DNA of 64,000 nucleotides from Fistulifera solaris (Eukaryota): the NCBI GenBank assembly GCA_030295235.1, contig AP026128.1, positions 558,001 to 622,000 on the forward strand, in the 5' to 3' direction. Both the position numbers and the translations under genes were made by a program. Within the stretch, counting starts at the first letter, position 1, and every line of letters starts with the position of its first letter. A model generated the notes under the pieces. That model saw nothing but the letters and a program-made list of their open reading frames with translations, was not told the DNA's origin and did no database searches. Positions 47,924-60,300 of this stretch are shown piece after piece.

Positions 47924-48349
47924 ATGAAAGTTCTGAACGTAGTTTCTTCATCCCTCTTGCTAATTGGTGCGGCACATGCCTTTACCGTTCCTTCGAATGG
48001 TTCTCTCCGAACCGAAACAGCTTTGAACGGTCTTTTCGACGGATTCAAAGGTATGGGAAGTGGAAAAGCGGACTTGGACGAGGAATGGAGAAGACAGCAA
48101 GCTTATTTGGCGAATCGTCAGAAGTTACTGAAGGAAGGATATTTCGAAGGGCAGATGGAAGCCAGAATGAACGCCAGAAAAGCCGCCATGGAGAAGTTCA
48201 ATGCTGGCGTCGTCGCTCCTTCACAGGCCGCGAAGGAGGAGGAAGTTAGTCAGCCCGTAAAGAAGCGTGCCTCTGTTGACGAAGAGGTCTTTGTGGACGA
48301 AAGTGCCGACTTTATGGGGGCCTTGAAAAATTTCTTCAAGAAGGAATAA
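47924..48349 (+). CDS. small plastid-targeted hypothetical protein
   Basis: signal peptide AHA-FTVP, transit-like segment, LDEEWRRQQAYLANR helix. Confidence 0.7.
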   Translation: MKVLNVVSSSLLLIGAAHAFTVPSNGSLRTETALNGLFDGFKGMGSGKADLDEEWRRQQAYLANRQKLLKEGYFEGQMEARMNARKAAMEKFNAGVVAPSQAAKEEEVSQPVKKRASVDEEVFVDESADFMGALKNFFKKE

Positions 48350-48690
48350 GCGGTGTGCAGCGAGTGTACTGGAACAAGCTGGGTCGGCTGTTGCAAGAGT
48401 TTCCTTTTATATCCATACTGATATCCTCATGTACGATTTTATCTAATGCGAGGTTTTATAAAGCTCAATGACTTTTCTATGTAAACGAATATCTTCATCG
48501 GTTGATGCAAATAATTGGAAGCGCTAGTAAAACCAATCAAACGGAATCGTAACCAAAGGAACGTGCATTGCAGATTTCGAGAACAACAAGCAAGCTAGTG
48601 GTATATGCCCCATCAAACAAGCCTATGAAGAGTAGGTGTTTTCGTGAAAAGAATGGCATACCCATGGTAAAAGTCGAATACACATAGATG

Positions 48691-48955
48691 TTTCGTGACT
48701 GGAATGCAGTCGTGAAAAAGGTCGCATAGACTTTGGGCTTATAGTCGATTTTTTATGGCGACGTTCGCCAGTCCCCAAGGCTTTTCGACATAAAACATCA
48801 TCGAAGAGTAAATTATCAGCATATCTTCAATGCAGTGTCACTTGTATAAATGAGCAAGAAGAACGGAAAATGATAAGCAGTCCTGTGAAGCATGTTCATG
48901 ACTCATGACTGAAATTTGGTCGTGGCAAAAACGGACAACACTTTGAGCTATAGTC
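48691..48955 (+). repeat. Family A diverged pair, 210 bp apart
   Basis: TCGTGACTGGAATGCAGTCGTG at 48693 with CAAGGCTTTTCGAC box; TCATGACTCATGACTGAAATTTGGTCGTGG at 48896 with CAACACTTTGAGCTATAGT. Confidence 0.8.
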
Positions 48956-49256
48956 GTTTCATTACCGGTAAGTTTTTTGTTGATGGTGACGTGCTTCAAA
49001 CGCAAAAACGTTTTGCGCTTGAAAAGAAAGGTGCGGAATTTTCTAGGACCCTCTTTGGCTGTGTCTTAGAAAACGCTCACCCTTCTAAGCTCTTGTTTGT
49101 CACAAAACGGTCCGTAATGGATTTATGGCGGCTTCGACGCGCGGAGTGAAGCTAATTGGGCCATGTCAAGACGACATCGTCTTGATTTCTTTCCAGAATG
49201 TGCACGCACATTTCTGAAGTATGTGTTCAGCGACATCTGATCCGCCTTCTTCGACC

Positions 49257-50584
49257 ATGGTACTCCGTTCCACGCATACGACCACTCTCTGTGAGCCTGC
49301 GCTAGCGCGACATTGGCAAATGGCCGTCGATAATCCGTCGTGTATCACGCACGAAATTTTTGCACCATGCTTCGACATCACCCTCCTTTGCACGTCGTTC
49401 AAAGTTTGTTGTCATTGAATCGGACGCTGGCTGTTTGTCCGCCGAATGAAGCGACTCCGGCGCTTCATGTCGGCGTGCAAAGCAATTGTGAACTAGCCAT
49501 CATTGCTTGTTTGGTGGAAGCGTGGCCAGAAGGTTTGCTGCGAAAGGCCCCTTGTGGGCGCAGTCAGGTTCGCATGGACCCACTGATGTATGCAAAACTA
49601 TATCGACGCAGTGATTTTCGACTTATTGAGCTCTTGAGTACCAACAATGTGTCAGCGTGCCAGAAGAGCGATTTTGTGACTCTCAATGGATTGTGTCAGT
49701 CCCAGTATTCGACGCTCGTAAACGACTCCTCTAAGGCTACAGAGACAGGAACCGAGAAATCTTTTGCGCCAAGAGTGCAATATGTAAATCATACTTTGAC
49801 TTCTGCCGTCCCTTCGCTGGCTGTCAAGCGATTTACATCTGACTCTGGTGACGACGGCAATGATGCTAGTGCAACGCCGGGCGTTGTGAACGATGAGGTA
49901 AGTCGGCTCGGTGCGAAGCCGATTTATTCACCCCTTATCGAACCTACGTATACCGGTGACAAGATAGACCAAGTCTATCATCAACACATTCATGCTGCGA
50001 TGTCCTACGAACAAGAAATGGCTGAATTGCGAGCTACATGTAAGGGCGTTTTGAGAGAGCATCATCGTCTGGTAGAGCGAGTGAAGATTTTGGAAGATCA
50101 AGACAAAGTGAAGGCTTGCCAATCTAAAGAAAGAAATGAGGCATGGCGTTCAGAGTTAATGTCTTCAGTCGCAATGCAAGTAAACCGGCAACTTTATCAG
50201 CAGTCGAAGGCACTGGAAAAGATTGTGGAGCGTTTGGAGCATGACGTCTTAAGTTCTCACAAGGATACACGTCTACAATCAGAGCTCATGAACAGCAGGA
50301 CATCGCAAACGGAGTTGATGATGTTGTACATGCAGCAGCAAATGGAGGAGAGGTTTCCTGTGGATCGAACACAAGCTCGAAAACGCTCGAACAAACAAAA
50401 AGTACAAGATGAAAAAGATACTGCCGACGATTCTCGCTCACTGCTTCGTGAAGATGAATACCATGACCTTTCGAAAAAGCCTTATCAGTTGGGACACAAG
50501 CGGCGATTTTCAAAAAGGCTTGGCATTTTCTATGTCAGGCATAATTGTGCTCGAAATATTGGCAAGCTTACAGTTCCCTTATAA
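49257..50584 (+). CDS. hypothetical protein with degenerate ankyrin-like N-terminus and coiled-coil C-terminus; frameshift near 49360
   Basis: HPPLHVVQSLL, PALHVGV..IIACLVEAWPEGL; heptad-rich segment. Confidence 0.55.
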
Positions 50585-50682
50585 ATAAAAAGTCAATTTG
50601 AAAAATACCGCTCGAGTCAGGTGTAGCATAATAAAAAAAGAAGTACATTTTAAAATTTCATAAAGATTAGGAGAACTCTAGC

Positions 50683-52055
50683 TTATCTTCCATTGCCAGT
50701 ATTGGCAAGTGGTCGAGTATGGATTTTGCCGGACGATGTTCGACCGACAAGCGCCACCTTCTCTTCCAGCGAAGGAGGTTGCGGGGCATTGTGCAGATGG
50801 ACTTTCATTTGCTTAAGATTCTCCCATTCTACACGCAACAAATTCCATATTGCTCTACGGAAGACTTCCAAAAATTGCGTACACAGAACGAATGAATCCT
50901 CGCTCGGAAACATACTCTTCGAGAAGCGCAACAGCCAACTGAATCGTAGCACTGCGTCCGCCACTAGAATCAATGCCGACATGGCAGCTCCAAACCGGAG
51001 CCTTTGTCGTAGAATGGCACGCCCACAGTTGGTTGCTTTCATTGGATTTTGCATCATTCCCCAGTCCATAACAATATCCCAATACAACGCATAGAGAGCA
51101 TTAATGACCAGGAGAGCTATCAGATAGCTTTCCAGCTCTTGTTCTTTCTTCGGCGAAAGCGTTTTCGAGTATGCAGATAGACAAAGAGGGAAAATACTTG
51201 TCGAATATTTGAGCGCGTTCCAGAGATGTTGGAATCGCTTGGGGTCTCCCTTCAAATAGCCGACTCGATACATGACAAAGCATTGCCGCGCCCGGATGAC
51301 ATAAGGTACCGCTGCTAATGCTGAAGGAATCAGAATGTTTTGAGCAGAAGCCTTCATAGGACCAGGGTTGGAAGCCATGTGTAGCAATATGCCCCAGTCA
51401 AAGAAAACTTTACTCAGTGAACACATGGCATCCGCGAAAAATACATCCACAAACGGAACGGGTCGCGGGGGTATCTTGAATCGGGTGACACAAGACCGGA
51501 ACATCGCGGGTTGAATAGCTCGAATCCACGTTGTAAGACAATGCCAGTAGCTCGCCGTAACCAGTGCAGCGAAGGGAAAGGCAGTGCAATGCTCACGGCG
51601 ACCACCAAGTAGAATGAAAACACCGCCCCGACGGGTCCGCCGTGCAAGCGATCAATCCAAATGAAATATGTGAAATGAAGTAGTAATATCCAAAGAATCG
51701 ACAGCGATACTAATCGAGACCAGGTAATGGAAGAAGCAGATTCGTTCAAGCCCTCCATAATAAAATCTTCGTCACTCAAACCTCCTCCCTCGTCCTCTCC
51801 TGAATATTCATTCATCCCGGAAAATGATCGCATCTCGGTTACTTTCATTTCTTTGGCCGAAATCTCGTCACTGTCGAGATGCATCAAATCGTGCTTTAAA
51901 ACCTTGGCGTAATCAATGCCGAAGAGTCGAAAAAAGTAAATATTCATCCCCCAAAGACCAACGGACGCAATGAGCACCGTCGGACTTCGTAACATGGCGT
52001 GGGCGGGTCCTAGGCCCGGTCCGAACACATCACCAGCTTCTTGTGTAGACGACAT
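50683..52055 (-). CDS. EXS-domain (ERD1/XPR1/SYG1) membrane protein with no SPX domain; frameshift near 51475
   Basis: LWGMNIY.F..FGIDY, V.FVDVFFADAMCSLSKVF, RARQC, HLWNALKYS, YWDIVMDWG, LRFSW, LEVFRRAIWNLLRVEWE. Confidence 0.9.
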
Positions 52056-52275
52056 ATTGTTGTATGCGTTTGTAAGGAAATGAAGTGCTTGTGAAGGATG
52101 AAACAACTACCTCCCTTTTGTCGTTGAAAAACAATTACCTGGTAAAACGCGGAGACGGACACCTCTTGAAAGCAGGATCGTCATTTTCGCCGTTTGTTCC
52201 GCCTTTAGTTTTTTTTTGAATCTCCATCACCGCTCTGTCCTTCCGGTTCTCTCGATTCATACTAAGAAACTTCTT

Positions 52276-53584
52276 ACCCTTTGTTGTTCGGTTCATGACT
52301 CATGACTGCTGTACAATCCAGTCGTGGCGGGCGTAAACCAACACTCCGTTTCATAGTGAAAATTCATTTGTTGTCGATCCTCGTATTTTCGACGTGAAAA
52401 TAAAAGAACAACTTAACAAGTAGTTCATAATCATCATTATTACGACTTTATTTACCCGTAATTATTATTATTAGATTCGCAGTCGAATGACAATGGACGG
52501 ATGCGAGAGACGCATAAACCGGAACCCTTTGTTGTTTGGTTCATGACTACTGTACAATCCAGTCTTGGCTGGCGTAAACCAACACTCCGTTTCATAGTGG
52601 TAATTCAAGGTGGCGATCGTCGGATTTTCGACGTGAAAACAAAAGAAACGCTTAACAAGTAGTTCAGAATCATCATTGTTGCGACTTTATCTACCCGTTA
52701 TCATAACTATATTCGCAGTTGAATGATAATGGACGGATGGGAGAGACGCATAAAACGGAACCCTTTGTTGTTTGGTTCATGACTACTGTACAATCCAGTC
52801 TTGGCTGGCGTAAACCAACACTCCGTTTCATAGTGGTAATTCATTTGTTGTCGATCCTCGTATTTTCGACGTGAAAATAAAAGAACAACTTAACAAGTAG
52901 TTCATAATCATCATTGTTACGACTTTATTTACCCGTAATTATTACTACGTATTATATTCGCAGTCGAATGACAATGGACGGATGGGAGAGACGCATAAAA
53001 CGGAACCCTTTGTTGTTTGGTTCATGACTACTGTACAATCCAGTCTTGGCTGGCGTAAACCAACACTCCGTTTCATAGTGGTAATTCATTTGTTGTCGAT
53101 CCTCGTATTTTCGACGTGAAAATAAAAGAAACTCTCAACAAGTAGTTCACAATCATCTTTGTTGCGACTTCATTATTTACCCGTAATTATTATTATTAGA
53201 TTCGCAGTCGAATGACAAATAGACGGATGCGAGAGACGCAAAACGGAACCCTTTGTTGTTCGGTTCATGACTACTGTACAATCCAGTCTTGGCTGGCGTA
53301 AACCAACACTCCGTTTCATAGTGGTAATTCATTTGTTGTCGATCCTCGTATTTTCGACGTGAAAATAAAAGAAACTCTCAACAAGTAGTTCACAATCATC
53401 TTTGATACGACTTCATAATTTACCCGTAATTATTACTACGTATTATATTCGCAGTTGAATGACAATGGACGGATGCGAGAGACGCATAAAACGGAACCCT
53501 TTGTTGTTCGGTTCATGACTACTGTACAAAATCCAGTCTTGGTCGGCGTAAACTAACACTCCGTTTCATAGTGAAATTTCAAGG
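52276..53584 (+). repeat. Family A-related tandem array, about 5.3 units of 236-248 bp
   Basis: TCATGACT at 52300, 52541, 52777, 53022, 53265, 53513; units near-identical apart from indels and one swapped segment. Confidence 0.97.
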
Positions 53585-53704
53585 ATGATTCACGAAAAGA
53601 GCCGCGTATCGGCCGCTTTAATTTGACAATACTGGTACAGTATCAAAAACATTTGTTATCATCTCGACTGTTGCTTTCCAAAGTATTGCATATTAAAAAG
53701 AGAA

Positions 53705-56578
53705 ATGTCAGCTTTCCGAGGCCGAGGCGCCGTACCGCCGAAGAATTACGTACCCGGACTGGGTCGCGGTGCCGCGGGCTTTACGACGCGGAGTGATGTG
53801 GGCCCGGTCGTCCCCGAAGACGCCGCCACCGGGAGTGGCAGTCGAGCGGCGGAAGCGCGGAAGCAATTGCAATTCGGAGTCGCGCCCGCCAATTATGTAG
53901 CGGGGGCGGGACGAGGGCCGGGACTTTGAATGCGCAGGGAGAGGAAGGACCCGTCGGAGCGTACGATAGTTTTTCTGGATATTCGGCGGCGCCCCAAGAA
54001 GGTCAATACGATGATGACGATGACGAAGCTGACAAAATATGGGCGACTATCGATGAGCGAATGAATCGAAAACGAAGGAAAAAAGGCGACAATACACAAG
54101 ATGATAATGATGACGCCGGTGGGCGAAAGCGAGCCAGAGCAAGGATCGGCGCGCAATTTCACGAACTCAAGGAAAAATTAGCCGAAGTCACAGAAGATCA
54201 ATGGGCTAGTATTCCGGACGTTGGGGATCATAGTTTGAAGTATAAGCAGCAGAGGCGACAGCAAGATACGTTCACGCCATTATCTGATTCACTTATCGAG
54301 CAGAGGAATAAGTCGCAACTGGACGCTTCCGCAGGCAATACGGCTCTTGCGGGTACTACGATAGCGGATGACGGATCTGGCTTTAAGTCAGTCGTAGCTG
54401 ATATGTCTGGCCTCAGTGCTGCTCGTGGCACGGTTCTTGGTATAAGTCTGGATCGAATGTCGGGGTCAGTTGCCGGCAATCAAACATCAATCGATCCAAA
54501 AGGTTATCTGACGAGTCTTTCTGGTATTCAGTCGGTTTCAAATGCTGAAGTGGCGGATATCAATAAAGCTCGCTTACTTCTGAAGTCAGTTCGCGACACC
54601 AATCCAAAACATGGTCCAGGTTGGATCGCGGCTGCTCGAGTGGAGGAGGCGGCTGGAAAGATGTTGCAGGCGCGAAAAATCATCCAGGAGGCTTGTGAGA
54701 TATGTGCCGACAACGAGGACGTGTGGTTGGAAGCAGCAAGGTTGCACCCTCATGATGTTGCAAAAGTATTCTGGCTACAGCCGTTCGCCGTGTCCCACGA
54801 TCTGTGAAAATCTTTCTCAAGGCAGCGGATCTGGAACATCTCGAATCGAACAAAAAAGCAGTGTTACGAAAAGGTCTGGAAGCCAACCCCTCTTCGATTA
54901 CGCTATGGAAAGCAGCGATTGCTTTAGAAGATGCTGAAGATGCACGACTTTTGCTACAAGTAGCAGTAGAAAAAGTGCCTCATTCGGTGGAAATGTGGCT
55001 GGCTCTAGCACGTTTGGAGTCTTACAAAAATGCTCAGAGAGTTCTCAATAGTGCAAGAAAAGCGTTACCGAATGATAGGTCGATATGGATTGCAGCTGCG
55101 AGACTGGAAGAATCACAAAATCACGACGAAGTCATTGACAAGATTATTCAGAGAGCTGTCAAGTCCCTCGAAAAGAATGAAGCTGTCGTGACTCGCGCGC
55201 AGTGGCTTCAAGAAGCCGAAGCGGCAGAAAGTTCTGGTGCAGCGTTGACGAGTGCTGCTATAATAAAGTATACAATTGGTAAAGATGTCGATGACGAAGA
55301 TCGACAAAGGACTTGGGCGGAAGATGCAAAGGAGCTGTCGCCCGTGGCTCCATATCAACTGCTAGGGCTATCCTGTCACACGCGCTACATCTGTTTCCAG
55401 CAAAAGGACCCTTTGGACACAGGCAATTGATCTTGAGCGTAACCATGGAACGGCGAAAACGTTGGATGAAGTGCTTGAAGCTGCAAGTGAGCGGCTTCCT
55501 CAAGTTGAGATTTTCTGGTTGCTACGGGCAAAAGAGCAGTGGGTCAATGGGGATGTGAATAAAGCTCGCGATATTCTTGCGAAGGCTTTTGCTGTGAACC
55601 CTGAATCGGAAGCTGTTTGGTTGGCGGCATCCAAGCTCGAGCATGAGAATGGAGAAGTCGAACGCGCTCGCTTCTTCCTGGAAAGAGCCAGGCAGAGGGC
55701 GCCAACGGCTCGAGTGTATATGAAAGCTGCTCTTTTGGAGAGAGAACAAAAGAATCTTGATGACGCACTTCAACTTATTGAGGAAGGCCTATCAAAGTTT
55801 GTTAAATTTAGCAAACTATACATGATGGGTGGTCAAATATGCTCAGAAGACTTACCACGCAACAAGACCAGTTTATCACGTGCAAGAAAATTTTACGAAA
55901 GAGGGTTAAAGGAATGCCCTGAAAGCCACATCTTGTGGATTCTAGCGAGTCGCTTGGAGGAAGAGGCTGTGCATTTTGAGGACGTTGTGACAAATAGTCA
56001 AGGGGCTGGTGCCACCAAAGCTAGAAGTATTCTCGAATTAGCGCGGTTGAAGAATCCCAAGAATCCACACCTTTGGCTGGAATCCATAAGACTTGAACGC
56101 CGGGTAGGGACAACGAAGCTTGCTGAGACGCAGATGGCAAAAGCCTTACAAGAGTGTCCAAAGTCTGGAATTCTCCTAGCCGAGTCGATACTGAGCAGTC
56201 CGCGTGTCGAGCAGAAGTCAAAGGCAGCAGAAGCGATCAAGCGTTGTCCAGATGATCCTTTGGTTATCGCGGCAGTTGCTTCTCTGTTTGCGTCAGAAAA
56301 CAAAAAATGACAAGGCGCGTAAGTGGTTTGATAGGGCCACGGTTCTGAATCCAGATATTGGTGATATCTGGGCTCGATTCTACTTATTCGAATTGAAAGC
56401 CGGTACGCAAGAGCAACAGGAAAAGGTCAAAGCGGCTTGCATTGCAGCAGAACCCAAACATGGAGATATTTGGGCGTCAATTATGAAAGATATGAGAAAT
56501 AGAGGTAAATCTGCTGCCGAAGGATTGGAGTTGGTTGCTGAGCACATTCGACTGGAACAGAAGAAAGCTCTCGCGTGA
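53705..56578 (+). CDS. PRP6: pre-mRNA splicing factor PRP6 (HAT repeats); about five frameshifts
   Basis: NYVPGLGRGAAGFTTRSDVGP, IDPKGYLTSL, DINKARLLLKSV..TNPKHGPGWIAAAR, EPKHG. Confidence 0.95.
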
Positions 56579-56780
56579 CGTGAACCCCATTTTAATCATA
56601 GTATGGCTAAAGCGCAAATTCAAACTATTATCAGGTTCATAAATGATTTGTTTGTGAGCAAATAAAGGTGAATTAAGGGCTATTGTCTCTACGAAGTAAG
56701 GACGTCCTTACTACGAAGCACTATGAAATAAAAATAGTACTCCGTACCAGGTATCGGCCTTGTAGCTAGCACCGCTAAAG

Positions 56781-56845
56781 AGTCATGATTCATGACTGAA
56801 ATGCAGTCACGAAGAAAAGTAATCTACACATTGGTCTATAGTACC
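56781..56845 (+). repeat. Family A solo copy
   Basis: AGTCATGATTCATGACTGAAATGCAGTCACGAA followed by CTACACATTGGTCTATAGT. Confidence 0.85.
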
Positions 56846-57396
56846 CCGTGTATCGTGGCTCGTGGCTGACGGGTCACGAGCGCGCGAAATGTGCGCGACC
56901 AACGGGAAGGTGGAGGGAATGCGGGCCGATCGGAACGTCAACACGACGCAGCCTCTTGCGGTGAATTCGAAGTTCATGCATGTCCAAGGTAAAAAGAGAG
57001 AGACGTCGTACGAAATCTTTGCTCAAAGCCATGCATCTCGCAATTGCATACTATACGAAGCACTCGCCAGCCATACGCTACAATACGATTTAAGTGCTTT
57101 TGAAGGTGCGTCTATCTGGATTGTTCTCGTTACAGGATCATTGCATTTGAATGCCTGTGTTGTGTGCTATTTATGTTATTGCGGTAAAGCCCCGCTAACG
57201 CAGCGGCGCAACGGCTCGAGTGCTACCAGCAATCGTGTGAGAGCTACTGCTGTGTGCTCGTGATTACCCATCGTTTATAATGCCTGATCTCGGTCTCACA
57301 TTTTGTGATTTATTATCCGATTCGACAGTTTGTTTTTCCGGATTCAGTCGGATAAGTGCAAAAACAAAGACCTTCATTACAACTAATCATTCTATA

Positions 57397-60300
57397 ATGG
57401 ATCAAGACGAAGACCGCGTGGAAGATTCAACTTTCGACACCGATGATGATGAGGTCGAAGACGAAAACGAAGGAGATGCCGTTTCGGACGCGGGAGATGG
57501 GTCTGCTGAGGACGAGGAGGAGGAAGTCGCGGAAACGATAATGCACGATGACGATGAGGACGAAGAGGACGAACAAGAAGATGATCTCGGCGGCGAAGAA
57601 GAGGATAAAGACGAAGAGGAAGAGGTCGGAGATGAAGAAGAAGAGGTCAACGATGAAGAAGAGGAAGAGGCTGCAGTGGAGGGTGTGGTCGAAGCAAATG
57701 GGGACGATGAAGATGATGACGAAGGAGAAGAAGTACTCGCTGCTGTCATTATTGAAGACGAACCCATTGCTGCTACGGAGGAAGTAGAAGATACCGATGC
57801 GCAACCAACGGTGGAGATTGAAAAGGTGTACAAAGCAAAACCTGTTGCAAAGAAAAGCAAGCCGTCGTCCGCGGGAAAAAGAAGAAAGCCGGTACCAGTA
57901 AGGTAACTTTGCCGGCTAATGGGTTAAGAATGGATGTACGACCGGAAAACTTAGAAGCTGCTAAGGATGCACGAGCCACTTTGCGGGATATGGTTCAAAG
58001 TCTCCCTATGCCTTTCGGTGACATTCAAGTACGTTCATTTGGACGAATTCATCTTGAGTCCGATAAATCTGGAAAAGAGGCCAAGTTTTCATCCACGGGC
58101 TCTATTTACCCTGTTGGGTTTTCTTGTGATCGTTTCGAGTTCAGCCCTGTTCACGGGCGGGTGCTCAAAATGCGATGCACTATTTTGGATGGAAAGAGAA
58201 TCAAGCAGTTACAGCGAGAAAAAAGTTTTCCGGTAACGGATCGATTGGCTGACGGGCCAGTCTTTCGTGTTGTGTGGGGCCAGGGAATAGACGAGGAAAA
58301 TGATGACGACTTGGGACCATTTGATCCGGAACTTGATGCACCGTTGATCGACACCTCCAAAAAGATAACGGCAAATTCAATGAGACCCAAAGTTGGTATG
58401 CAAGTGCGGGTTCGCTTCGGCAAGAATCAAACTTACGGTGGGGTGATTACTGGAGTAGGAGATGTTTATCCGAGCACGAAAGAATCGCAACGCAAGGGTC
58501 TGACCCTAAACCAAGATATAACAATTAATTACGACGATGGTTTTTCTGAGACAATTTCGTACCCGGACGCCGATGTTGCGTTAGTGGTCCCCGGTAAGTC
58601 CAAAAGTATCGTGTCGTCGGGCTTGTCAAACGATTTTAACCTTCTGTTACAGGAATGGAATATGAAATTGACTCTCAAGGTAATGCCGAACTTGTGGAGT
58701 GGGGTGGCAAACGAGTTACCTCAGTTGTGGCAAATTCGCCATTGGAAGCTTGGGGGAACGTACTTGTGAAACTTGGTCTCGTTGATGAATTGATGCTCTC
58801 AAGTGCTCTTGAAGCGGTCGATGCTGCACGAAAAGAAGTCCTACAAGAAGCTAAAGACAAACTAGAGGGCAAAGCTAAGACGCCGATAAAGATTCGCAGC
58901 GAGAAGTCAGAGGAGTCGCCAAGCAGTGTTGCTGAAGCTCCGACTGAAATCAAGGAAACGCAAATTGTAGTGGACAAGTCAAAGGATGAATTATCTCAAA
59001 GTGTTATATCAAGTGAAGATAGGCAACCAGCGTCTGACGAAGAAAACAAGCTACGCGAACGGCTTAGTGATCTCATAGCTCAACTAGAACAAGTCGAAGT
59101 AGAAGATGGGAAAGCCGCGGTTGCTCTTGCGGATTCGCGAATTAATCTTCTCGGTCGCTTCATGTGCAACCCGTTCCAAGATGATCTTAATGGAAAGGCT
59201 CAACAAATGACGTGGCTAGCGACCGCGGTAAGGAAGGAGAAAGCCCGAATGGGAAGTACGGGTAATCGAAAGAAAGTCGTCACAGCTGTTGATTTGTTGG
59301 AAAGAAATGATTCTATATACAACATTGACATTGAAACGCTTATTGAAGGTCTTCCCGGTAGTGAGTTTTGTAAATCCTACATTTTCCAAGCATTTCGAAC
59401 TGGCGGATCGGCCATAAATCGGGCCTGGATACTCGAGGCTCAGCTTCGACAAGAAAAGGAGGAGATTAAGCGAATGAAGAAGTCGCGAGAGCTGGAAGAA
59501 AAAGAGTTGGAGAGAATATCACAGGAAAGCGAACGAAAGAAGAAACGTCTCCAAAATGAAGAAGTTCGCGATTCCAGAAAACGACAAAAGCTGGAGGAAG
59601 AGGAAGGAAAAAAGAAACAGAGAGTTGAAGAGCGGCTATCTCGGTTACGGGTACAAGTCGATGAGCGTCTGCTAAAGGAGGCTGCTGCTCAAAGAGAGAA
59701 AGTGTTGACATCTTTCGCCAAAAGTCTGGGTAAGGAATTCATTAGGAGGCGGAAAGCGGCTGAAATCGTTGCATTACAAAACGCTGTGGGTACGAAGCGT
59801 TCATTTGATGCGCATATGTCGCCATCACACCATCCTTTACCTCCATCTTCGAAATCATTCGAAGAAGATGCAGTCCGCGTTTGGAACTTCGTTTCGACTT
59901 TCAAAGATTTCTTTTTGCAACGCGGGTATCTGAACGAAATTCCAAGTCTAGAATCGCTTCAGAAAGCTATCGACTGTTTGCGGGGACACAATTATTCCAG
60001 TGTTGATCTGAGGGATGAGGCTGTTGGTTTGTTAACTGACTTAGCGATAGCCCTGTGCCAGCCTTTAGCGGCAAGCTTAACCAGGATTCTTTTCGCGAGT
60101 CTCATTGCTTTGAATCCAACGCTTCAAAAGGATTTTGGGGCTGCTTTCTTCAATGAAGTCAATTCGGTTGAAGACAATGCTGAAGTCCAACAGAGTGATG
60201 TACTTATACCAGTTAACAAGCATACTTGGAGAGATGTGGCACGACAGTCCTTACTCGCAGATGCGCTTGCTGAGCTCGGGATGCAAAGGTACGGTTTTTT

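Noticed and set aside
53705..56578. Programmed ribosomal frameshifting or pseudogenisation of PRP6 and other split genes
   Set aside because: Indels occur window-wide, mostly at homopolymers with no common slippery motif; assembly error is more parsimonious.
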